Position numbers and translations under genes: made by a program. Below the pieces are notes generated by a model, which was not told where the DNA came from, did not search any database, and saw only the letters and a program-made list of their open reading frames with translations. A DNA stretch of 30,982 nt from positions 1 to 30,982 of the forward strand of contig CAZSQE010000001.1 of the NCBI GenBank assembly GCA_964608905.1, in the 5' to 3' direction. The stretch's first letter is position 1. Every line of letters starts with the position of its first letter. Source of the DNA: an uncultured bacterium. Its GTDB lineage: Bacteria > Eisenbacteria > RBG-16-71-46. Below, piece by piece: positions 1-8,845 of this stretch.

Positions 1-83
1 GGGGCGGCCAGCGCGGTGGTGAGTCCGGCGAGCCCGACGGTCTTGAGGAACTGCCGGCGGTCCGTCTGCGAGCGGTCGCTCAT
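1..83 (-). CDS. Partial gene (runs off the window) with a twin-arginine (Tat) signal peptide
   Basis: Reverse complement from the ATG at 83 reads MSDRSQTDRRQFLKTVGLAGLTTALAA. RRxFLK followed by a hydrophobic stretch is the Tat consensus. Not listed in the ORF track. Confidence 0.75.
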   Translation of the reverse strand, partial: MSDRSQTDRRQFLKTVGLAGLTTALAA

Positions 84-190
84 GGTTCCCTCCCGGATGG
101 GTGCGGCGCATGCCTGTGCAGGGGGCGCCCCGCCCCCGCGGTCACGAACGGACCATAGCGCCGCGGCTCCGGCGGGTCCATAATCGGAGC

Positions 191-1159
191 ATGCACCGCC
201 GCCCCCCCACCCTGTCGCTCCTCCTCGCGCTGCTCCTGCCGGCGGTCGCGGCCGCCCAGGTCCCCGCCTACCTCACGCAGTGGGGCGGCTACGGCAGCGG
301 CAGCGGGCAGTTCAACCACCCCGAGGGCGTCGCGGTGGACGCCGGCGGCACCGTCTTCGTCGCCGACAACCTGAACAACCGCGTCCAGGTCTTCACCAGC
401 GGCGGCGTCTACATCACCCAGTGGGGCGGCTACGGCAGCGCCGCGGGGCAGCTGAGCGGCCCCTTCGGCGTGGCGGTGGACGGCCAGGGTCACGTCTTCG
501 TGGCGGACACCTACAACCACCGCGTGCAGGTGTTCGGGAGCGGCGGGACCTGGATCGGCCAGTGGGGCGGCTTCGGCAGCGGTCCGGGGCAGTTCAACAA
601 GCCCATGGGCGTGGCGGTGAGCGCCGCGGGCACCGTCTACGTCAGCGATTACCTGAACCACCGCGTGCAGGTCTTCCAGAGCGGCGCCTACATCGGCCAG
701 TGGGGCGGCTACGGCGCGCAGGACGGGCGGTTCAACTGCCCGGCGGGCGTGGCCCTCGGCCCCGGCGGCGAGGTCTACGTCGCGGACCAGTTGAACCACC
801 GCGTGCAGGTCTTCGACGCCGGCGGCGCGCTCCTGCGCACGTGGGGCGCGTACGGCACCGGCGACGGGCAGCTCAGCGGGCCGAGCGGCGTGGCCGTCGA
901 TGGGAACGGCCACGTCTACGTGGCCGACGGCTACAACGACCGCGTCCAGGTCTTCAGCGCCGACGGCACCTACCGCACGCAGTGGGGCGTGAGCGGCACC
1001 GGCAGCGGGCAGTTCGACCGGCCGCTCTTCCTCGCGCTGGACCCCAGCGACAACGTGTTCGTCGTGGACACCCGGAACCACCGCGTGCAGATGTTCGCCG
1101 CGGTCCCGGTGCCGGTGCGGTCCGCGAGCTGGGGCCGCATCAAGACGCTGTACCGGTGA
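191..1159 (+). CDS. Secreted NHL-repeat six-bladed beta-propeller protein with a C-terminal WGRIKTLYR tail
   Basis: Signal peptide MHRRPPTLSLLLALLLPAVAAA, then six repeats of QWGGxGxxxGQFxxPxGVAVD...VYVADxxNHRVQVF. Start placed at ATG 191 rather than 101 because the signal peptide begins there. Confidence 0.9.
   Translation: MHRRPPTLSLLLALLLPAVAAAQVPAYLTQWGGYGSGSGQFNHPEGVAVDAGGTVFVADNLNNRVQVFTSGGVYITQWGGYGSAAGQLSGPFGVAVDGQGHVFVADTYNHRVQVFGSGGTWIGQWGGFGSGPGQFNKPMGVAVSAAGTVYVSDYLNHRVQVFQSGAYIGQWGGYGAQDGRFNCPAGVALGPGGEVYVADQLNHRVQVFDAGGALLRTWGAYGTGDGQLSGPSGVAVDGNGHVYVADGYNDRVQVFSADGTYRTQWGVSGTGSGQFDRPLFLALDPSDNVFVVDTRNHRVQMFAAVPVPVRSASWGRIKTLYR
278..1097 (+). repeat. Six intragenic NHL repeats, about 141 bp period
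   Basis: The (cag/acg)tggggc unit starts at 278, 419, 560, 698, 839 and 980 (spacings 141, 141, 138, 141, 141). Confidence 0.9.
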
Positions 1160-1293
1160 GCCCGGCCCGGCCGTCCGGCCGGGTCGCGCGGGGCGCCGGA
1201 GCCGCCGGGGCGCGGGGATGCGCCGCGGCGCCCGGCCCGGGTACAATCGTGGGACGCCCATCCCGGCCGCCGACATCCTCGAGGAGCCCCCAC

Positions 1294-4200
1294 GTGACCC
1301 GCCCCAGCCCGCTCTCGCTCGCCGCGGCCGCGCTCGCGGTCATCGCCCTGCCCGCCGCGCTCTTCGGCGGCCCCATCACCATCGGCCCCGGTCCCGCGCT
1401 CGGCACCGACCGCGCCGGCGTCACCTGGCACCAGGACTTCCAGGACTGGCTCCCGACCGACTGCCGCGCCCTCGACGAGGCCGGCACGGTGGACACGAAG
1501 TACCTGTACGGCGACGGCTACGACGACTCGCGCGACATCGTGGCGTTCTACCACCGCGAGGAGAGCGGCAACCTCTACTTCCGCGTGGACCTCTACGACC
1601 TCGCGCTGGGCGCCGAGCACGGCTACCTCGACCTCTACGTCGCCATCGACGCGGCGCCGGGCGGGCAGAGCTACCTGCCGGACTTCCTCGACTGCACGAC
1701 CGACCGGCCGTGGGAGCTGTGCGTCAACGTCTACCAGTCGGGCACCACGTACGGCAGCGACTACCGGATCTACGACGCGTCCTGGGGCAACGTCACCGAC
1801 GCCTACCTCGGCTCGTACTTCAACAGCCAGCTCGACGCGGTCGAGTTCGGCATCACCCGGCAGGCCCTGCTGAACGCCGGCTGGAACGGCAGCTCGCCGC
1901 TCACCTTCCAGGTGTTCACGGCGAAGGACGGCGGGACCTCGTCGTGCCCCGGGCACAGCAAGCTCACCGACGCCATCGAGGACCACGACCGAGGCTGCTC
2001 GGACGGCGTGCTGAACGGCGGCACCGCGTCCACCGCGCAGGCCGGCGTCGTCCACTACGCCTCGATCGCGCACGGCAACCAGTCGGTCAACAAGGCCGGG
2101 GACATCGGCGCGCACATCTACGACCCGCCCGCGAACACCGGCATCGGCGGCGGCACCGGGTTCCTGCGCACGCTCGACACGCACGAGATCTTCGGCGTGC
2201 CGCTCAACGTCCACCCCAGCGGCACGCTCACCATCGCCTGCAACTGGGCGCGGCGCCCGGGCGGCGCCGCCGACCCGCAGGACGGGCCGAGCTTCCTGAC
2301 GCGGGTGCGCGACTTCGTGGACGCCGACCAGGCCGTGCGCCCCGGCTCGCTCATCGGCGGCGTGCTGGCCGAGCACATCATGCCGTACTTCGAGGGGCCG
2401 GTGAACGCGGCGTCGCTGGTGGTGACCGACAGCCTGAACCAGGTGGTCTACGGCGTGAGCGCGGCGGACGCGAAGGTCATGCACGTGCCCGAGCGCGTCA
2501 TCCGCTCGCAGAGCACCGGGCTCGCGCCGCTCGACGGGCACACCTTCGAGGACATCGCCGCCAGCCCCTACGCCGCCACCTACCTCGACGAGGTCACCCA
2601 CCTGCACTGGTGGTTCCACCCCGGCGAGAGCTGCACCCCCGACCAGGGCTACCGGCACAAGGTGCACAAGATCAACGGCGTCCACTGCTTCATGATCAAC
2701 GACCGCGAGGACCAGGCCAAGTTCGGCAATCACGACGGCGGCGCGGTGATGGACACGCGCTACAGCCTGCTGCAGAAGGCGCTCTACGGGAACTCGAGCG
2801 AGATCGTGGTCGTGTTCGACGACTGGGAGGCGCTGGCCGGCAAGTCGTTCGACCCGGTGCAGGGCGTGAGCGTGCCGAACAACAACCCGAACCAGTACCA
2901 CAACACCATCCGCTGGCTCGCCAACCACCCCTGGGTGCGCATCGCGAACCTGAAGGACCTGCTGGCGCTGGCGCTGCAGAACCCCTCGGCGTTCGTGATC
3001 GACCACGGCACGCGCCACGACCTGTCCATCCAGACCTACGAGTGGCTCAAGCACGCCAGCGAGGACTCGTACCACTACTGGTACTACAACTCGAACGGCG
3101 GCTTCACCGGCAACGAGCAGAGCTTCTACGACCTCGTGCCGGTCATCACCGGCGAGCAGGGCGACTACCACGCCCGCGGCGAGACCCCGGCGCAGGACGG
3201 CCCGCCGCTGCCGAGCGGCATGAAGCACGGTGACCTGAACACCCCCGGCACCCTCATGTACGAGGCGTGGCAGGCCCTCGCGAACGCGCCGCACGGCCGG
3301 CTGCGCGACCTCGGCGTCGCCTCGTACCTGGCGATGATCTACGAGACCGCCTGGCACGAGGAGGACGAGGCCGACTACACCGACACCGACTGCTACGGCG
3401 CCTGGACGAACCCCGACGACACCTGGGACGGCGTGAACACCTGGGCGCTGCGCCTGCAGAACCACGTGCGCGGCGTCGGCCTCTACGCCGCGGCGGCCGC
3501 CTGGGCCGACAGCGCGCGCCACAGCCTGCTGGGCGACGCCACCCTGACGCGGGCGGTGGACCTCGACTGGGACGGCGAGGCCGAGTACGTCGTCCGCAAC
3601 CAGGCCGGCTTCGCGGTGTTCGAGCGCTACGGCGCCCGCTGCGTGCTGGCCTGCGCCTACGACGTGTCGTCCGACGCGGCCGAGGTCGTCGTCGGCGCCC
3701 CCGTCACGAACCCCTCCGCCCCCGGCGAGGAGGAGTACACCGGCGCCGGCGCCAACCGCTGCTCGGCCTTCAAGGAGATGAACGGCGGCGGCTACGCCGA
3801 CGCGGTCTACACCGCGGTCGCGGTGGCGGACGGCTGGCGCTTCACCAGCCCCGACGGCCTGGTGCAGAAGACCGTGACCATGGCGCCCTACAGCCGCACG
3901 CTGCGGGCCGCCTACGTCGAGGCCGTGAGCGGCGCGCTCTACGTGCGGCTCGGCCTCTCCCCCAACCCGCTCGACCTCATGCTGCACGGGCAGTCGCACC
4001 TCGCCGGCTGGTTCCCCTCGGCGAACGAGTACAAGCTCACCAACACCAGCGGCCGCGGCGCGGCCGTGGTGGCGTGGCCGGCGGGCGTGACCTTCAACCC
4101 CGCCCCGAGCTGGTCCGGCAGCGACCGGCGCAACCTGGCGCTGACCGAGGAGGTCGAGCTGTCGGGCGACGGCTCGTTCGAGATCGAGCTGGTCCTGCTC

Positions 4201-4527
4201 GCCGACACCACCGGCATCGCCGTGGACGTGCCGGGGACGGTGGCGACCGGCACGTTCTCGCTCAGCGGCCCGGTGCCCTCCCCTGCGCGCGGCGCGGCCC
4301 GGCTCGAGCTGACCCTGCCCGAGCGGCAGCGGGTGCGCGTCGCGGTCGTGGACCTGCAGGGCCGCCGCCTCGCCACGCAGGACCTGGGCGAGCGCGAGGC
4401 CGGGCTCGTGCGCGTGGAGTTGGCGCCGCGCGGCGACGACGGCGCCGCCCTCGGCCCCGGACTCTACTTCGTACGGGTCGAAGCGGGCCCGCGCGCGACG
4501 ACGCGACGGTGGGTGGTCGTGCGGTGA
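1294..4527 (+). CDS. Secreted GH57-like glycoside hydrolase with an N-terminal DOMON/glucodextranase-like region and a C-terminal FlgD-Ig/T9SS-type domain
   Basis: GTG at 1294 follows GAGGAG (1281-1286) and opens a signal peptide. GH57-like conserved regions: HGNQ, EHIMPY, MHVPERV (candidate nucleophile Glu), VVFDDWE (candidate acid/base Asp). C-terminus PVPSPARG...VVDLQGRRL...GLYFVRVE matches the FlgD-Ig/CTD pattern. ORF-track sequence upstream of 1294 is a shadow of the NHL gene. Confidence 0.7.
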   Translation: MTRPSPLSLAAAALAVIALPAALFGGPITIGPGPALGTDRAGVTWHQDFQDWLPTDCRALDEAGTVDTKYLYGDGYDDSRDIVAFYHREESGNLYFRVDLYDLALGAEHGYLDLYVAIDAAPGGQSYLPDFLDCTTDRPWELCVNVYQSGTTYGSDYRIYDASWGNVTDAYLGSYFNSQLDAVEFGITRQALLNAGWNGSSPLTFQVFTAKDGGTSSCPGHSKLTDAIEDHDRGCSDGVLNGGTASTAQAGVVHYASIAHGNQSVNKAGDIGAHIYDPPANTGIGGGTGFLRTLDTHEIFGVPLNVHPSGTLTIACNWARRPGGAADPQDGPSFLTRVRDFVDADQAVRPGSLIGGVLAEHIMPYFEGPVNAASLVVTDSLNQVVYGVSAADAKVMHVPERVIRSQSTGLAPLDGHTFEDIAASPYAATYLDEVTHLHWWFHPGESCTPDQGYRHKVHKINGVHCFMINDREDQAKFGNHDGGAVMDTRYSLLQKALYGNSSEIVVVFDDWEALAGKSFDPVQGVSVPNNNPNQYHNTIRWLANHPWVRIANLKDLLALALQNPSAFVIDHGTRHDLSIQTYEWLKHASEDSYHYWYYNSNGGFTGNEQSFYDLVPVITGEQGDYHARGETPAQDGPPLPSGMKHGDLNTPGTLMYEAWQALANAPHGRLRDLGVASYLAMIYETAWHEEDEADYTDTDCYGAWTNPDDTWDGVNTWALRLQNHVRGVGLYAAAAAWADSARHSLLGDATLTRAVDLDWDGEAEYVVRNQAGFAVFERYGARCVLACAYDVSSDAAEVVVGAPVTNPSAPGEEEYTGAGANRCSAFKEMNGGGYADAVYTAVAVADGWRFTSPDGLVQKTVTMAPYSRTLRAAYVEAVSGALYVRLGLSPNPLDLMLHGQSHLAGWFPSANEYKLTNTSGRGAAVVAWPAGVTFNPAPSWSGSDRRNLALTEEVELSGDGSFEIELVLLADTTGIAVDVPGTVATGTFSLSGPVPSPARGAARLELTLPERQRVRVAVVDLQGRRLATQDLGEREAGLVRVELAPRGDDGAALGPGLYFVRVEAGPRATTRRWVVVR

Positions 4528-4570
4528 CGCGCGTGACGTTCGAGCACTACGTGAAGGTCGCGCTGCAGGC

Positions 4571-5440
4571 TCACGGCAGCACGGCGACGCGGTGGACGCG
4601 GGTCGTCCCGGCGGCGGCGAGGCGGACGAAGTAGACGCCGGCCCCGACGCGGTCCCCGCGCTCGTCGCACAGGTCCCAGCGCGCCGAGTGGTCGCCGGCG
4701 GCCACTCGGGCCACCAGGAGCGCGCGCACGAGCCGGCCGCTCACGTCGTGCACGGCCAGCGCGGCCTCGCCCGCGGCCGCGAGGGAGAAGCCGAACTCCA
4801 CCGCGCGGGACGCGGGATTCGGGCGCGGCGGTTGCAGTGCCACCTGCAACGACGCCGGCTCCGGGACGTCCGCCGCGGGCTCCTCGACGAGGTCGAGGAA
4901 GTCCACGCGAGTGAGGCCCGGATCGCCCAGCCGGAGCAGGCGCACCGTGTACTCCCCGGCGGGCAGTTGCAGCGGCGCCCCGGACCGGACGCAGTCATAG
5001 ACGGCGTCCACGCACCAGACGCCCCCCCCGGGCGGCGTCGCGAGGGTGTCGGCCGGCAGCCCCAGCGCGCGGGCGGGGATGAAGAACTGCACGACGAATC
5101 GGCGCACGAGGTTGATGGCGCCAGCCGACCGCAGGGAGTCACGGAAGGTGAAGTCGTCGGGCAGCCAGACCTGCCACTCGATGTAGTCGCCGGCGCAGTC
5201 CAGCCCGTTCATCCCGACGTAGTTGCGGGCGCTCGCGCAGGAGCCGGCCTCGATGGGGTCCCCGCCCTCGTTCCACCACGACCAGGCGTCCTCGGCCTCG
5301 AGCTGGATGACCGTGCGGGCCGAGGTCCCCGGTGCGCACACGAGAGCGGCCAGGAGCGCCAGGCCCATGGCGAGACGGGCGAGCCCCGGCCCGGCGGGGC
5401 GCCGGCGGGGCGGCCGGACAGGAAGCACGGGTTCCCGCAT
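4571..5440 (-). CDS. Secreted protein with a CBM-like domain and a C-terminal FlgD-Ig/T9SS-type domain
   Basis: ATG at 5440 follows AGGAGGAG. Signal peptide, then IQLEAED (carbohydrate-binding-module-like start). C-terminus PRPNPAS...VHDVSGRLVRAL...RWDLCDERGDRVGAGVYFVRL. Confidence 0.75.
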   Translation of the reverse strand: MREPVLPVRPPRRRPAGPGLARLAMGLALLAALVCAPGTSARTVIQLEAEDAWSWWNEGGDPIEAGSCASARNYVGMNGLDCAGDYIEWQVWLPDDFTFRDSLRSAGAINLVRRFVVQFFIPARALGLPADTLATPPGGGVWCVDAVYDCVRSGAPLQLPAGEYTVRLLRLGDPGLTRVDFLDLVEEPAADVPEPASLQVALQPPRPNPASRAVEFGFSLAAAGEAALAVHDVSGRLVRALLVARVAAGDHSARWDLCDERGDRVGAGVYFVRLAAAGTTRVHRVAVLP

Positions 5441-5606
5441 CCGCGGACTCCTCCTTCCGGTCAAGGATAGGCCCCGCCTGTCCGCAGGGACAAGGAGAAC
5501 CGGTCGGGCCGCGTCCCGGCGCGGCGGCCCGGGGCCAGAGGGCGCCGCGTTGCGCCGGCGGGCGAACGGTGCTAGAGACCTCCCGTAGCTGGCCACGGGA
5601 GGAAGG

Positions 5607-7655
5607 ATGCCGTCTCCTCGGTCCATCTGTTCGCGGCGTGGAGCGCTCCGGTCGCTCCTCACCGGCCTCGCCCTGGGAGGCTGGGTGCGCGCGGCCTGCG
5701 CGCTCGGCCCGGGTGACGTCGCTCCCGCGTTCGTGCTGCCCCGGCTGGACGGAGACGGCACGGTGGCCGCGCCCGCGCTCTTCGCCCAGAGCCGCCTGAC
5801 CGTGCTCGTCTTCTGGAACCGCGGCTGCCCCGAGTGCACCGCCGTCGCCTTGGGGATGCAGGAGCTGGTGGACTCGCTCGCCACGGCGGACGCGCGCGTG
5901 GTCGGCGTGCCCTTCGGTCCGGACGACGCGCACTCGATCCGGGAACAGCTGCGGCAGAACCGGGTCGCCGTTGCCCAGCTTTGGGACGAGACGGCGAGCG
6001 TCGCGGCGCGCTATGAGCTGGGACTGCAGCACCTGCGGGTCTTCCTCGTGGATGCCGGGTCGTGCGTGCGAGCGGCCTTCGACGACCAGATCCCGGACCT
6101 CTTCGTGTCCGTCCTGCCCGAGGCGCGGCGCCTGCTCGCGGCACCCACCGCGCCGACGACCGGTCGGGGCGCAGCGGAGCCGGCCCCCGCCGCCGGAGGC
6201 GACGCGGCGCCGGGGGCCGCGCCCGCGGGGGCCCCGCACGCGGAGGCGCTGGTCCCGGCCCCGGCACGCGTCGAGCCGGCCGAGGTGGTCCGCTCGGCGC
6301 TGGGGCCGGTCCGGCTGGACGCGCGGATGAAGCTGCTGTCCACCGAGGGGGCGCGCAGCGGGGACCGCGGCCTCTACAACGAGACGCTGGAGAGCGGCGC
6401 GCTATGGCTCCACCGCTACGAGGTCCGCGTGCCGCTGGAGCTGGTGCCGGAGATCGAGTTCGTGCCGTGGCTGAGGGTGAGCAACGAGGTGGACGAGATC
6501 CTCATGGAGGGGGCCGAGCAGTTCAGCAACCGTTCCGGCACGGCCAGCCTCCAGCTGCGCCATGGGTCCTCGCGGGCGACGCTCGGGGCCTTCCCGCTGC
6601 GCGTGGCCCCGCTGCTGCTGCAGCGCTGGGACGCGGCGGACGCGCCCCCGCTCGGTGGCGTGTCGGGCTGCGGTTGCGGTGGCGGCGGGAGCGGCGTGAG
6701 CCAGGCCAGCCTCGAGGTCCTGGGGCCGGAGTACGTCTTCGAGGGGATCGCCGCCAGCCACGGGCGGCGCTGGGTCTCGGCGCACGGGTGGGTGGCGATC
6801 CCCCGCTGGGAGCGCGAGGTGCTGCGAACCGCCCCGGCGCTCGAGCGGCAGAAGGCGCGCTACCGCCGGTTGCTCGCGGGCGCGTACGGCGACCTCGGGT
6901 CGAGCGGCGCGCGGGACGCCGAGTCCGGCCTGCCCTCGCCGATCGGACTGCGCGTCGGGGTCGTCTCCGTCGAGGACGACGCCCGCACGCTCGGGCCCAC
7001 CTCCTACCGCCCGCTGCAGCGCGACGAGCGGGGCTGGGTCGTGCAGGCCCGCGTCGCGCCGTGGCCGTGGCTGAGCGGCGAGGCGGAGGCCGTGGACTGG
7101 AGGATGGACCAGAGCGGCACCCGCACGGACGCCAGCGCCTACCTGGCCGGCGTGCGGAGCCGCGCGTCGTGGCGGCCCCTCTCGTTCTGGCTCGGCGCCC
7201 ACCGGCTGCGCACGGAGGTGGGGTTCGAGCCGCTCTACCGGGCGCTCACCTACGACCCGAACCAGGACGGCTGGCGCTTCACCGCAGGGGTCGAGGGTGG
7301 AAGATTCCCCGGCACGCGCCGCGAGCGCGTGAGCCTGAGCGGGTTCTACCGCTCCGTGCGCGAGACCGAGGAGCGCGACGCGCCCGGGGTGGGCCGGACC
7401 CGCAACGAGGTCCGCAACGCGGCGGTGGGGGTGCGACCCGTGAGCGACCTCGTGGTCGAGCTGCACGCGACCGAGACCCGCACCGAGCGGCCCCTCACGC
7501 CCATCGAGCGCAGCCGGGGGCTCTCGCTGAACGTGCGCTGGGAACGCTGGTCCTTCCTCGACCCGCAGGTGCGCGCGGACGCCATCCGGCGCGAGGCCTC
7601 GGGCGCCAGCCGGAACATCTGGCAGGCGTCGGCCTGGGTGCGCATGGTGCGCTAG
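5607..7655 (+). CDS. TlpA/redoxin-family thioredoxin domain fused through a Pro/Ala linker to a putative outer-membrane beta-barrel-like region
   Basis: GDVAPAFVLPRLDG...VLVFWNRGCPEC is a TlpA CxxC pattern. The C-terminal ~450 aa has alternating hydrophobic strands rich in Trp, Tyr and Arg. GGAGGAAGG lies directly before the ATG. Confidence 0.7.
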   Translation: MPSPRSICSRRGALRSLLTGLALGGWVRAACALGPGDVAPAFVLPRLDGDGTVAAPALFAQSRLTVLVFWNRGCPECTAVALGMQELVDSLATADARVVGVPFGPDDAHSIREQLRQNRVAVAQLWDETASVAARYELGLQHLRVFLVDAGSCVRAAFDDQIPDLFVSVLPEARRLLAAPTAPTTGRGAAEPAPAAGGDAAPGAAPAGAPHAEALVPAPARVEPAEVVRSALGPVRLDARMKLLSTEGARSGDRGLYNETLESGALWLHRYEVRVPLELVPEIEFVPWLRVSNEVDEILMEGAEQFSNRSGTASLQLRHGSSRATLGAFPLRVAPLLLQRWDAADAPPLGGVSGCGCGGGGSGVSQASLEVLGPEYVFEGIAASHGRRWVSAHGWVAIPRWEREVLRTAPALERQKARYRRLLAGAYGDLGSSGARDAESGLPSPIGLRVGVVSVEDDARTLGPTSYRPLQRDERGWVVQARVAPWPWLSGEAEAVDWRMDQSGTRTDASAYLAGVRSRASWRPLSFWLGAHRLRTEVGFEPLYRALTYDPNQDGWRFTAGVEGGRFPGTRRERVSLSGFYRSVRETEERDAPGVGRTRNEVRNAAVGVRPVSDLVVELHATETRTERPLTPIERSRGLSLNVRWERWSFLDPQVRADAIRREASGASRNIWQASAWVRMVR

Positions 7656-7713
7656 TCCGGTGACGGCGCGGTGGGATGACGCACTCCCCCACACCGCGAG
7701 CCACCACGCGCAG

Positions 7714-7752
7714 CGGAGCCCGGCGGTGGTGCGAACGTGCCGCCGGGCTCCG
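7714..7752. terminator. Hairpin between convergent genes, probably a bidirectional terminator
   Basis: Perfect 13-bp inverted repeat cggagcccggcgg (7714-7726) / ccgccgggctccg (7740-7752). No clear U-tract. Confidence 0.6.
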
Positions 7753-7781
7753 TCCGGTTCGCGCGGTCTGCCGCCCGCGCC

Positions 7782-8471
7782 CTACCGATAGAGCGTCTTC
7801 ACCCGGCCCCAGGTCTCCGACATCGCCGGGACCACGGTGCACTCCGGGTTCGGCGGGCTGGCCGAGTTGCGGATCGGCAGGGTCGCGTCGCAGGCGGTGA
7901 TGGTGAAGTCCGACGCGTTGTCGTCGTTGTCGGTCATCCCGCCGAGCTTTCGGACCGCGGCAGTGGTGTTGCTCATCGCCGCGGTCGGGGCGCTGCCCTC
8001 CCAGCACTGGGTGGAGCCCCCGGTGGCCACGAGATCCACGAAGCTCGTGGTGCAGTCGCCCGACGTCCCGCTGGTGACGAGGCCGATCTTGCACGCCGTC
8101 GCGCTCATCGCGATGGTGCCGACCGCGTCCGGGGTGACCGGCAGCGGCTGCGCCGCCGTGTTGGAGCCCGACGCGCACTGGACGAGATAGTAGCCGCAGG
8201 CCGGGATCGTCGCGCCCGTCGGGAACTGGACGTAGAAGTTGGCCGTCCCGCCAAAGGTGGTGCCGGCGGATGACGCGTACAGGATCGCCCAGCCGCCGAT
8301 GTTGACGGGCGTGCCCGAGCTGTTGAACAGCTCGACGAAGTCGTAGCGGTAGTAGGCGCCGGTGTTGCCGCCTCCGCCGTACACGATGCTGATGCGGACC
8401 GGATTGGCCGCGAACGCCGCCGTGGCGACGAGCAGGCCGAGGACGACGAGGGCGATGGCAGTCTTGCGCAT
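7782..8471 (-). CDS. Secreted lamin-tail-domain (LTD) protein with a C-terminal WGRVKTLYR tail
   Basis: Signal peptide MRKTAIALVVLGLLVATAAFA. VRISIVYGGGGNTGAYYRYDFVELFNSSGTPVNIGGW matches the bacterial LTD pattern. Confidence 0.85.
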   Translation of the reverse strand: MRKTAIALVVLGLLVATAAFAANPVRISIVYGGGGNTGAYYRYDFVELFNSSGTPVNIGGWAILYASSAGTTFGGTANFYVQFPTGATIPACGYYLVQCASGSNTAAQPLPVTPDAVGTIAMSATACKIGLVTSGTSGDCTTSFVDLVATGGSTQCWEGSAPTAAMSNTTAAVRKLGGMTDNDDNASDFTITACDATLPIRNSASPPNPECTVVPAMSETWGRVKTLYR

Positions 8472-8845
8472 GTCGGGGCTCCTTCTGGTTGCTGGCCACT
8501 ACGCAGCGGGAACCCGGGCCCGGTCCGCACCCCGCGGGATGTGGGTCGGGACCGTGGCCCCGCAGTGTTCGCGTCCGGCCGACGCGCCGCCACTGTCGCG
8601 ACGCGCCCCCGGACAGCACCAGGGTCAACGTGCCAGGACCGAGTCTGCGCCCACGGCGCTGAAGCCGCAAGGCGAATCGCCCGCCGATGTCCACAATTGA
8701 CGAGCGTAAGCGGAAGCCCCTGCGCCGGACGCTGGCGTGGGGCCATTGCGGGGCCTGTGCGCGCGGCAACGTCTTGCGGCGGTGCCGGCCCATCACTGGC
8801 GACGGGCGCCGTTCCGGCCCGGGAACGGGCCGTTCCGGGCTCGCC

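Noticed and set aside
80-1276. 398-aa minus-strand ORF and other long antisense or alternate-frame ORFs (970-3999, 1218-3233, 6062-7663, 19397-20287, 23868-25316, 27223-29208)
   Set aside because: They overlap well-supported genes, are Arg/Pro/Ala/Gly-rich without motifs, and are the shadow ORFs expected in high-GC DNA.
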